51,397 nt of DNA from Candidatus Copromonas avistercoris (nom. illeg.) (lineage in GTDB: Bacteria > Bacillota > Clostridia > Lachnospirales > Lachnospiraceae), in contig DVFQ01000072.1 of the NCBI GenBank assembly GCA_018713185.1, positions 1 to 51,397 of the forward strand, written 5' to 3'. Position numbers and translations under genes: made by a program. Numbering within the stretch: position 1 is the first letter of the stretch; the number at the start of each line of letters is the position of its first letter. Positions 27,371 to 35,822 of the stretch are shown here, one piece after another. The notes beneath the pieces are model-generated. The model was not told where the DNA came from. It did not search any database and worked only from the letters and a program-made list of their open reading frames with translations.

Positions 27371-27571
27371 GTAATTTCTCGTATTCCAGCCCGTATTCCG
27401 TATTTTAGCCTGCGTTCCGCGGCCCCAATCCATGGATTTTCCTTTTGGTATTTGTAATCGAAAAGTAAGAGAAAAGTTCCTGGAAAGAAAAAAGTCTCTG
27501 CTATACTTTCCCTAAAGAAAATGGGAAGGCAGCCGGAGGAAAACGGCGCCTGACGAAAGGAGAGAAGTATT

Positions 27572-28384
27572 ATGGAAAAAAACACGAGGAATAAAGGAGC
27601 TTTTAAATACAGAAGAGGAGCGGCAGCCGCCGTGATCTTAACGGCGGGAGCGGCGATGCTTTCCGGCTGCGTTGCGGTCGAGGCTTCCAAACCGGCTTCC
27701 GGCGCTGTGGTTGTAAGCGACGCGGCCCAGAAGGAAGGAACCCTAACGGTGGTCAGCAGCGAAAGCGTTGTGGTTACGCCGGATATGGCGGAGGTGGTGT
27801 TTGGGATCACAACGGAGGACGCGGACGCGGCGGCCTGCCAGCAGAAAAATGCGGAGCAGTTAAACGGTTTTGTGGAATATCTGAAGGCACAGGGGATTTC
27901 CGAGTCGTCGATCATGACCTCTTCCTTCTCTTTAAACCCTCAGTATGATTGGAGCGGAAACACCCAGCGGCTGATCGGCTATCAGATGAATACCCAGGTA
28001 ACGGTGACGGACGTTGCGGTGGAGGATGTGGGCAGCCTTTTGTCCAACGGCGTGAACGAAGGCGCCAACGAGATCTATTCGGTATCCTATTTTTCCAGCC
28101 AGTACGATACGGCTTACGGGGACGCCCTTGCCAAAGCGGTTGACGCGGCGAAGGCAAAGGGAACGGTTTTAGCCGAGGCCAGCGGAAAAGCGCTGGGAGA
28201 GGTACTGAATGTGGAGGAATATCAGGATGATCAGTACGGCCGCTATGTGAGCAGCTCCATAAATATGAGCCGCGCGTCCGGCGCCGTGGCGGAGGCTACT
28301 ATGGCCGATATGGGCGTTATGCCGGGCGAGATGGATGTGGAGGCCGTGATCCGGGTGGAGTTCGCGCTGACGGATTCCCAATAG
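27572..28384 (+). CDS. SIMPL (DUF541) domain lipoprotein
   Basis: Lipobox MLSGC. Overall pattern matches the SIMPL/26-kDa periplasmic immunogenic protein family (TVVSSESVVVTPD...NPQYDW...GYQMNTQVTV). Confidence 0.75.
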   Translation: MEKNTRNKGAFKYRRGAAAAVILTAGAAMLSGCVAVEASKPASGAVVVSDAAQKEGTLTVVSSESVVVTPDMAEVVFGITTEDADAAACQQKNAEQLNGFVEYLKAQGISESSIMTSSFSLNPQYDWSGNTQRLIGYQMNTQVTVTDVAVEDVGSLLSNGVNEGANEIYSVSYFSSQYDTAYGDALAKAVDAAKAKGTVLAEASGKALGEVLNVEEYQDDQYGRYVSSSINMSRASGAVAEATMADMGVMPGEMDVEAVIRVEFALTDSQ

Positions 28385-28582
28385 TTACCCATCTGCTTCC
28401 CGATCAATCCACTCATAAGTCCCCCAAAAGGCGGATCGCGGGAAATGATTCAGGAGTGCGATTCTCGAGGATTAAAATCTGGACATTCCAGGCCCTTTCT
28501 TTTATAATAAAATCAGATTCCCGGGAGCCGGAGCGTTCCGGCTTTCCGTTGGGTCATGATTTTTGAAGGAGGAACTTTCATC

Positions 28583-29101
28583 ATGCAGAATCCAGTCATT
28601 ACGATCGAGATGATGAACGGCGATACGATCAAAGCGGAACTTTATCCGGAGATTGCGCCCAATACGGTAAACAATTTTTTAAGCCTGGTAAAGAAGGGAT
28701 TTTATAACGGCCTGATCTTCCATCGGGTGATCAGCGGATTTATGATCCAGGGAGGATGCCCCAACGGGAACGGCATGGGCGGCCCGGGCTACAGCATCAA
28801 GGGAGAGTTTTCCCACAACGGCTTCCCCAATTCGCTGGCGCATACAGAGGGCGTTTTGTCCATGGCCCGCGCTATGAGTCCCAACTCCGCCGGCTCCCAG
28901 TTTTTTATCATGCATAAAGCGGCTCCCTATCTGGACGGCGAATACGCGGCCTTCGGAAAGGTGATCGAGGGAATGGATGTGGTCAACAAGATCGCCGAGA
29001 CCCGCACCGATTACAGCGACCGTCCGATGCAGGAGCAGAAGATGAAGTCCGTTACGGCGGAAACCTTCGGCCAGGAATATCCGGAGCCGGAGAAATGTTA
29101 A
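28583..29101 (+). CDS. ppiB: Peptidyl-prolyl cis-trans isomerase, cyclophilin type
   Basis: FHRVISGFMIQGG, GGPGYSIKGEF and SQFFIM motifs. ATG at 28583 lies 7 nt after GAAGGAGG. Confidence 0.92.
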   Translation: MQNPVITIEMMNGDTIKAELYPEIAPNTVNNFLSLVKKGFYNGLIFHRVISGFMIQGGCPNGNGMGGPGYSIKGEFSHNGFPNSLAHTEGVLSMARAMSPNSAGSQFFIMHKAAPYLDGEYAAFGKVIEGMDVVNKIAETRTDYSDRPMQEQKMKSVTAETFGQEYPEPEKC

Positions 29102-29102
29102 T

Positions 29103-29882
29103 ATGCAGGAAATCCGATACGTCAATGTAAACGGGAACCGGATCCCGGTTTTGATTTCCGATGAACGGGAGGCTCTCCTGGCTGCGAAAGCGGCCGGGAG
29201 AGCCGTTGTTGAATTGCTGGGGAGCCAAGGCTGCGGGCCGGGGACAGAAGGCCTGGACGCCGGGGAAACCGGAGCCTCGGGGGATTCGGGGCTGGGAACG
29301 GCGGAGTTTGCCGTAGAACATCTTGAGGACGCGGACGATGGATTTTTAGAGCGGGTGGCCAGGAGAAAGCTGGGACTTCCCTGGAAGATTTATCAGACGG
29401 AGCGCCTTTTGATCCGGGAGATCTTTGCCGACGATTTTGAGGAAATTTGGGAGAATCAGATCGGCTCCGGCTTTGAAACGCTGGAGAAGCTGGAGGCTTA
29501 TACGAAGGAGCAGTACCGGTTTTACGGCTTTGGCTTTTGGGCGGTCGTGGAACGGGAGAGCGGGAACCTGATCGGGGTGGCGGGCCTTACGATCCCACGG
29601 GAATGGAAGGGAGAGGGGGACTGGTACGGCCTTAAGCTTCCTCCGCCGGAAGGGGAGGAGCGGTGTTTTGAGGAACCGCTGGAGCTGGGATACCATATTT
29701 TTCCTCCGTACCGCCGGAAAGGCTACGCCAAGGAAGCCTGCCTGGCGGTTCTTGATTATGGCCGCCGCCAGCTGGGAGTCTTCCATTATCAGGCGTGGAT
29801 CCAAAGGGAAAACACGGTTTCCCAGCGGTTTGCGGCACAGCTGGGCTTTCGGAAGAAAGAAAAGGCTTGCCAAGGCTTCTGA
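29103..29882 (+). CDS. GNAT family N-acetyltransferase (RimJ/RimL-like) with ~100 aa N-terminal extension
   Basis: C-terminal half has FGFWAVVERESGNLIGVAGL...GYHIFPPYRRKGYAKEA. The N-terminal part is Gly/Ala-rich and unassigned. Confidence 0.7.
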   Translation: MQEIRYVNVNGNRIPVLISDEREALLAAKAAGRAVVELLGSQGCGPGTEGLDAGETGASGDSGLGTAEFAVEHLEDADDGFLERVARRKLGLPWKIYQTERLLIREIFADDFEEIWENQIGSGFETLEKLEAYTKEQYRFYGFGFWAVVERESGNLIGVAGLTIPREWKGEGDWYGLKLPPPEGEERCFEEPLELGYHIFPPYRRKGYAKEACLAVLDYGRRQLGVFHYQAWIQRENTVSQRFAAQLGFRKKEKACQGF

Positions 29883-29946
29883 TACCATTTATACTATATA
29901 TTGCATACAAGAAACAGAAAAAAGTACAATCGGAGAGGAAGCGCCA

Positions 29947-30894
29947 ATGACAGAACGCCTGGAGCTAAAGGCATATGGAAAGATCAATCTGGGTCTGGAC
30001 GTGGTAAGGAAACGGGAGGATGGGTACCATGAGGTCCGCATGATCATGCAGACGGTGGATCTTTATGACCGGATCACCATGGAGCGGATGGAATCGGGAA
30101 TCCGCGTGACCGCCAATCTTCCTTATGTTCCGGACGGGGAAGGAAATCTCGCGTACCGGGCCGCGAAGCTGCTAATGGAAGAATTCGGGATCACAGAGGG
30201 GATTTCCATAGAAATTAAAAAAATGATCCCGGTGGCCGCGGGAATGGCGGGAGGAAGCACGGACGCAGCCGCCGTTTTGGTGGGAGTCAACCGGATGTTC
30301 GGGCTTGGACTGACGAAAAAGGAGTTAATGGAGCGGGGCGTCCGGCTGGGAGCAGACGTGCCCTACTGCATCCTGCGGGGAACCGCCCTGTCGGAGGGGA
30401 TCGGCGAGATTTTAACGGAGCTTCCGGCTCCGCCTCCCTGCACGCTGGTGATCGCGAAGCCGCCGGTTTCCGTCTCAACGAAGGAGGTTTACGGCCGGCT
30501 GGATTTAAAAGCGCTGCGGCCGGAGGACCATCCGGACATCGACGGGATGGCGGAAGCGATCCGAACCGGCGATCTGGCCGGGATCACCAGCCGCTTGGGC
30601 AATGTGCTGGAGCTGGTGACGGAACCGGCGCATCCGGAGATCACGCGGATCAAGGGCTTGCTGCTGGAGAATGGAGCGGACGGAGCGCTGATGAGCGGGA
30701 GCGGCCCTACGGTATTTGGAATGTTTAAAGACCGGCGGCAGGCGGAGCGGGCCTGCGCGCTTTTGCGGGAGGCGGAAGGCGGGGCCTTGACGCGGCAGGC
30801 GTATGTCAGCGGCTTTTTTAATCCCGGCCCGGGACATAGGACGGCCGGAACACAGCCGGAAAAGAAGGGAGGGGGACGCGATGCATCAATTTGA
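29947..30894 (+). CDS. ispE: 4-diphosphocytidyl-2-C-methyl-D-erythritol kinase
   Basis: KAYGKINLGLDVVRKREDGYHE and GHMP motif PVAAGMAGGSTDAAA. The internal ATG at 29947 was chosen over the 29668 ORF start. Confidence 0.9.
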   Translation: MTERLELKAYGKINLGLDVVRKREDGYHEVRMIMQTVDLYDRITMERMESGIRVTANLPYVPDGEGNLAYRAAKLLMEEFGITEGISIEIKKMIPVAAGMAGGSTDAAAVLVGVNRMFGLGLTKKELMERGVRLGADVPYCILRGTALSEGIGEILTELPAPPPCTLVIAKPPVSVSTKEVYGRLDLKALRPEDHPDIDGMAEAIRTGDLAGITSRLGNVLELVTEPAHPEITRIKGLLLENGADGALMSGSGPTVFGMFKDRRQAERACALLREAEGGALTRQAYVSGFFNPGPGHRTAGTQPEKKGGGRDASI

Positions 30895-31606
30895 AGTAAA
30901 TATGGATGAATACCTGCCCCTCCGGGACGTGGTGTTTAAAACGCTGCGCCAGGCTATTTTAAAGGGTGAGCTGGAGCCGGGCGAGCGGCTGATGGAAATC
31001 CAGCTGGCGGAGCGGCTGGGCGTAAGCCGGACGCCGATCCGGGAGGCGATCCGGAAGCTGGAGCTGGAGGGCCTGGTTCTTATGATCCCCCGGAGAGGGG
31101 CCGAGGTGGCGAAGATCTCGGAAAAGAATCTGAGGGATGTTTTGGAGGTGCGCCGTTCTTTGGAGGAATTGGCCATCGACCTGGCGTGCCAGCGGATCCA
31201 GGAGGAGGAGCTGGAAACTCTGCGGGAGGCGCAGAAGGAGTTTGCCGCCGCCATTTCCGCGGGGGACGCCATGGAAATTGCCCAGACGGATGAAAAGTTT
31301 CATGAGATCATCTATTCCGGCACCGGCAATCAGAAGCTGATGCAGATTTTAAGCAATCTGCGGGAGCAGATGTACCGCTACCGTTTAGAGTACATAAAAG
31401 ACGCCAACAAACGCCAGATCCTTTTGGTGGAGCATGAGCAGATTTTAAAGGCTTTAAGCCTCCGGCATGTGCAGGAGGCCAGGCTGGCGGTGCGGGAGCA
31501 TATCGATAATCAGGAGATCACGGTTCTTAAAAATCTGAAGGAGCAGGAAGAGAATGACGTTCAAAGAAAAGTATCTGGCCGGAGAAATCGAGTTCGAGGA
31601 GATTGA
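30881..31606 (+). CDS. GntR/FadR-family transcriptional regulator (FCD domain)
   Basis: wHTH LMEIQLAERLGVSRTPIREAIRKLELEGLV. ATG 30881 follows GAAGGGAGGGGGA and overlaps the ispE stop. Confidence 0.85.
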   Translation: MHQFEVNMDEYLPLRDVVFKTLRQAILKGELEPGERLMEIQLAERLGVSRTPIREAIRKLELEGLVLMIPRRGAEVAKISEKNLRDVLEVRRSLEELAIDLACQRIQEEELETLREAQKEFAAAISAGDAMEIAQTDEKFHEIIYSGTGNQKLMQILSNLREQMYRYRLEYIKDANKRQILLVEHEQILKALSLRHVQEARLAVREHIDNQEITVLKNLKEQEENDVQRKVSGRRNRVRGD

Positions 31607-31757
31607 CGATTATATTGAGATCTGGAACAATATGGATGACGAGCGGACTTTGGCGCAGTTTCTGGGCCTGAATGCAGAGGAGGAGGATCTCTGGATCGAG
31701 GACAGCGACGAGGCGCTGAAGGCGCTTTTAGATCAGGAAAGGGGAAATGAAAAATGA
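31554..31757 (+). CDS. Small acidic hypothetical protein (67 aa)
   Basis: The ORF has an RBS (AGGAAGAG). Its stop overlaps the next start (ATGA) and its start overlaps the GntR 3' end by 53 nt. Confidence 0.45.
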   Translation: MTFKEKYLAGEIEFEEIDDYIEIWNNMDDERTLAQFLGLNAEEEDLWIEDSDEALKALLDQERGNEK

Positions 31758-32791
31758 CCACAGTAACATTGGGGAGAACCGGGATCACCGTTAACAAAAA
31801 CGGGTTCGGAGCGCTGCCGATCCAGCGGATTTCAAAGGAGGAAGCGGCGAAGCTTTTGAGAAAGGCGTACGACAGCGGGATCACGCTGTTTGATACGGCA
31901 AGAGCTTATACGGACAGCGAAGAGAAGATCGGATACGCGCTGAGCGATGTGCGGGATCATATCTACATTACGACAAAGACGGCCGCCAAGAATGCGGACA
32001 AATTCTGGAAGGACCTGGAAACCAGCCTTTCTCTTTTAAAGACGGATCACGTGGACGTTTACCAGTTCCATAACCCGTCCTTCTGTCCCAAGCCGGGAGA
32101 CGGCACCGGGCTCTACGAGGCCATGGAAGAGGCGAAAAAGCAGGGCAAGATCCGCTTTATCGGAATTACCAACCACAGTCTGGCGGTGGCAAAGGAAGCC
32201 ATCGAGTCCGGTCTCTATGATACGCTGCAGTTCCCGTTCTGCTATCTGTGCAGCGACAAGGATTTGGAGCAGGTGGCGGCCTGCAAGGAGCACAACATGG
32301 GCTTTATCGCGATGAAATCCTTGTCCGGCGGACTGATCACCAATTCGGCGGCGGCGTACGCATTCGCGGCCCAGTATGACAACGTGCTTCCGATCTGGGG
32401 CGTTCAAAGAGAGCATGAGCTGGATGAATTTATCAGCTATATTGAAAATCCGCCGGTGATGACCGATGAGATCCGGGCGCTGATCGAAAGCGACAGAAAG
32501 CAGCTTTATGGAAGCTTCTGCCGGGCCTGCGGCTACTGTATGCCATGTCCGGTGGGAATCGAGATCAATACCTGCGCCAGAATGTCCCTGCTGCTGCGCC
32601 GGTCACCTTCGGAAACCCATCTTTCGCCCGAGGGACAGGCAAAGATGATGAAGATCAAGGACTGCCTTCACTGCAACAGCTGTGCCAGCAAATGTCCTTA
32701 TGGGCTGAACACGCCGGAGCTTCTGGCGCGGAACTTAAAAGATTATGAGGAGATTTTGGCGGGCAAGGAGATCACCCCGACAAACTTCTAA
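31754..32791 (+). CDS. Aldo/keto reductase with C-terminal 4Fe-4S ferredoxin-like domain
   Basis: AKR N-terminal pattern (GFGALPIQR, FDTARAYTDSE, HVDVYQFHN) and C-terminal CRACGYCMPCP...CLHCNSCASKCP. Confidence 0.85.
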   Translation: MTTVTLGRTGITVNKNGFGALPIQRISKEEAAKLLRKAYDSGITLFDTARAYTDSEEKIGYALSDVRDHIYITTKTAAKNADKFWKDLETSLSLLKTDHVDVYQFHNPSFCPKPGDGTGLYEAMEEAKKQGKIRFIGITNHSLAVAKEAIESGLYDTLQFPFCYLCSDKDLEQVAACKEHNMGFIAMKSLSGGLITNSAAAYAFAAQYDNVLPIWGVQREHELDEFISYIENPPVMTDEIRALIESDRKQLYGSFCRACGYCMPCPVGIEINTCARMSLLLRRSPSETHLSPEGQAKMMKIKDCLHCNSCASKCPYGLNTPELLARNLKDYEEILAGKEITPTNF

Positions 32792-32863
32792 GGCGGATCA
32801 ATTTCCGGGTTAATGAAACCCTGATCCCATCATAAGCGCCGCCGGCGCGGATAGGAGAGTGCG

Positions 32864-35146
32864 ATGAGCGAGAGAGAAATCAACAAACGGCTGCAGAAAA
32901 GCATTGCCGTGATCGTCTGCTGCGGCATTCTGCTTCTGGCCGGCGGCGGTATTTTTGTCTATTTTCTTTCCAATACCCTGCAAGAGGCCATCGGCGTCAA
33001 CATGCAGGAGGAAACGGACGAGTATAAGAAACGGATCCATAAACAATTCGCTTCGGACGTCCAGCTTCTGGAGAGCCTGGCGGAGCTGATCGGAAGCGCC
33101 GGGCTTACGGAGCGGGAGGAATTTCCGGAGCTTTTGGAGCAGGTGATCTGGAAGAACGATTTCCTCACCATGTCCTATGTGGGCGCGGACGGGATGGGCA
33201 TCGTCGTGATGTCAGCGGACGGCGTTCAAGAGGATGTGCCCCTGGAAACCATGCAGGAGGAAACCAGGGCGGTGGCTGAGAAAGCCTTTAAAGGCGAGAT
33301 TGGGGTTTCCCGCCTGTTCCTCAGCGACTTTTCCAGCGAGCGGGTTTTGGCGTACGGAGTCCCGGTTTATCAGGGACAAAGGATCATCGGAGTTTTGATG
33401 GCCAGCAGCCATGTGGGGATCTTTTCCGATATCCTTTCCGGAAACCGGGTCATGGGCGGAACCGGCCGGATCCACATGGTAAGCAGCACGGGACAATTCC
33501 TGATCTTTACCCGTACGGTGGTGGCGGATCCGCCGGAAAGCCTGTTTGGGGAACCCTATCTTGAGGGGGAGGAGCTTAGCCGGATCCAGGAGCTTTTAAA
33601 GCAGGATCAGCAGGCTGCGTTTTCCTTCCAGCATGAGGGAACCCGGTACCGGGCCCTGCTGGAACCGGTGGGAATTAACGGATGGTATCTGCTGTGCGTA
33701 AATTCGATTGAAGAAAGCAGCCATTTTGTTTTGATGGTGGCGGAGGGGGCGGCCGTACTGCTTCTTGCGGTTATGCTTCTGTTCAGCTTTCTTTTGATTT
33801 ACGGCTACCGGCTTACCCGAAACGGGAACCGGGCGCTGTTTCGCCTTGCCTTTTATGATCCGCTGACCGGCGCTTTGAATTTTGCCGGTTTCCGCCGGGA
33901 GGCGAAGGAGGCTCTGGAGGCAGACCCGGAGGCCAGCATGGTCTCGCTCAATATCCATCAGTTTAAATTTATCAATGAAATCCTGGGGAAAGAGCGGTCG
34001 GATCAGCTTCTGAAGCAGGTGAAGGAGCAGGCGGACAAGGAATTAACGGATGGCGAGCTGTTTTGTCGGACCAGCGCGGACCATTTTTACCTGCTGTTAA
34101 AGGATACGGACCGGACGCGGATCTGGGAGCGGATGACGCGGATCATGGACGGGATCCAGCCGGCTGCCGCAGGGGAGCATGACGATTACCGGGTGCTTTT
34201 TTACTGCGGAGTGGTGGTTTCTTCCCGAAAGGAAACCCTTTACAGCATGGATCAGATGCAGACCCATGTGATGTTCGCTTTGGCGAAAGCCAGAGAGCGG
34301 CATCAGAATACCATTTGGTTTTTCGATACGAAGCTTCATGAAAAAGAGGTCATGGACAACTATGTGGAAGGCCATATGAACCAGGCGCTGGAAGCGCGGG
34401 AGTTCCGTCTGTATCTTCAGCCGAAGATTTCCCTTGGAAGCGGACAGATCGGCGGGGCGGAGGCGCTGGTGCGCTGGATCCATCAGGATGGGAAAACGAT
34501 CTTCCCGGATCAGTTTATCCCGCTGTTTGAGGAAAATGGATTCTGCGCCAGACTGGATCTCTATATGCTGGAACAGGTCTGCCGGCGTCTGCGGGAATGG
34601 ACCGACGCGGGGCTTGAGCCGGTTCCGATCTCTGTGAATCAATCCAAGCTTACGTTTTTTATGCCGGATTACGTCAATCGGATCATGGCGATCGTTGACC
34701 GGTATCAGGTTCCTCCCCGGCTTTTGACGCTGGAGATCCTGGAGGGAACGGCTTTAGAAAATGTCGAGGTCATGAATAAGCGGCTGGAAAGCCTCCATAA
34801 AAAAGGCTTCCGGATCTCCATGGACGATTTCGGAAGCGGATATTCGTCATTAAATATTTTAGGGAAGCTGAAGATCGACGAGTTGAAGCTGGACCGGGGC
34901 TTTCTTATGGAAGCGGCGGCGGGCGAGAACCCCAACGCCGGACTGATCATGGAGCAAGTGGTCCAGCTCTCGAAAAAGCTTGCGATTTCCACGGTGGTGG
35001 AAGGCGTGGAAACGGAAGCCAACGAACAGCTGATCAAAGGGCTGGGATGCGATTATGGCCAGGGATATCTGTACAGCCGCCCAATCCCGGAAGAAGAATT
35101 TACAGAGAGATGGGTGAGCCGGGCGAAGGAAACTCCCGCACCGTAA
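32864..35146 (+). CDS. Membrane Cache-sensor protein with degenerate GGDEF and intact EAL domain (putative c-di-GMP phosphodiesterase)
   Basis: TM, periplasmic ~270 aa domain, TM. The GGDEF position reads TSADH. EAL motifs are present: EALVRW, DDFGSGYSSL, EGVETE, QGYLYSRP. Confidence 0.85.
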   Translation: MSEREINKRLQKSIAVIVCCGILLLAGGGIFVYFLSNTLQEAIGVNMQEETDEYKKRIHKQFASDVQLLESLAELIGSAGLTEREEFPELLEQVIWKNDFLTMSYVGADGMGIVVMSADGVQEDVPLETMQEETRAVAEKAFKGEIGVSRLFLSDFSSERVLAYGVPVYQGQRIIGVLMASSHVGIFSDILSGNRVMGGTGRIHMVSSTGQFLIFTRTVVADPPESLFGEPYLEGEELSRIQELLKQDQQAAFSFQHEGTRYRALLEPVGINGWYLLCVNSIEESSHFVLMVAEGAAVLLLAVMLLFSFLLIYGYRLTRNGNRALFRLAFYDPLTGALNFAGFRREAKEALEADPEASMVSLNIHQFKFINEILGKERSDQLLKQVKEQADKELTDGELFCRTSADHFYLLLKDTDRTRIWERMTRIMDGIQPAAAGEHDDYRVLFYCGVVVSSRKETLYSMDQMQTHVMFALAKARERHQNTIWFFDTKLHEKEVMDNYVEGHMNQALEAREFRLYLQPKISLGSGQIGGAEALVRWIHQDGKTIFPDQFIPLFEENGFCARLDLYMLEQVCRRLREWTDAGLEPVPISVNQSKLTFFMPDYVNRIMAIVDRYQVPPRLLTLEILEGTALENVEVMNKRLESLHKKGFRISMDDFGSGYSSLNILGKLKIDELKLDRGFLMEAAAGENPNAGLIMEQVVQLSKKLAISTVVEGVETEANEQLIKGLGCDYGQGYLYSRPIPEEEFTERWVSRAKETPAP

Positions 35147-35640
35147 AACGGGCTTTTCCCTGGGCTTTCGCCTGATACAGGGCTTCATCCGCCTGACGAA
35201 ACAGATCTTCAAACGTAAGGTCGCCGCCGCTTATATAGACGGCGCCGATGCTGCAGCTGACAGAAAGGCCGCAGGATTTCAGGCATTGTTTATTTAACTG
35301 TTCCTGGATCCGGCGGCATTTTTCTTCCAGGAGCGCAGGAGAGGAATTCCCTTTTAAAATTATTTAAAAGGCCCGACAGCGCGTCACGGGATCCTTAAAG
35401 GTAAGGACGCAGGCAATAAAGCAGATTTCATAGAGGCACAAAAGACCGAAATTTAACAGAAAGGGCATGATAAATAAGGGCGGGATCGCCACGCACATGA
35501 CCGGCATAAAGACGGCTGGAGCTGAGGGCGAGTGAACCCCGTCAATTAAGATTACGAAAGTGAAGATAACCGTTTCAAATAAAATGCAGAGAACAACGCT
35601 TCTTTTTACGGAAACTATAATATAGTATAGCGAATATTGA
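35100..35640 (-). pseudogene. Decayed diguanylate-cyclase gene remnant: membrane N-terminal piece fused to the last ~65 aa of a GGDEF domain
   Basis: Minus-strand translation gives ...VLCILFETVIFTFVILIDG..MPVMCVAIPPLFIMPFLLNFGLLCLYEICFIACVLTFKDP..F-stop-IILKGNSSPALLEEKCRRIQEQL..LSVSCSIGAVYISGG..FEDLFRQADEALYQAKAQGKA. There is no start codon, the GGDEF core is missing, and a TAA sits at the junction. Confidence 0.5.
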
Positions 35641-35822
35641 ATCCGCGGACAAGCCGATTTGCCCTCTCTCAGGCGGAGAAAGATAAAATTTACCTGTTTG
35701 TTACATAATTGCGAGGGTGGATTTTACAGGGGGCTGATAAGCTGTAGCCCGAAAGCACGAGAACAAGTAAGAGAAAAGCGAAGTCCGGAATCAACAGGAC
35801 TTCCAAGGAGGAACGGATTTTC

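Noticed and set aside
35330-35400. Cluster of restriction-type palindromes (GAATTC, two TTTAAA, GGATCC) at the GGDEF remnant junction as a sign of an engineered scar
   Set aside because: Short palindromes can occur by chance and there is no vector-like or marker sequence. I treated it only as a natural deletion junction.
35660-35725. Possible TPP riboswitch upstream of the Fbp/Thi-type ABC importer
   Set aside because: ACCTGTTTGTTACATAATTGCGAGGG vaguely resembles the ACCUGAUCUGGAUAAUGCCAGCGUAGGGA core. However, the invariant CUGAGA box reads CGGAGA, the following ACCC element is absent, and I could not draw a convincing P1-P5 fold. It would need an Infernal scan to revisit.
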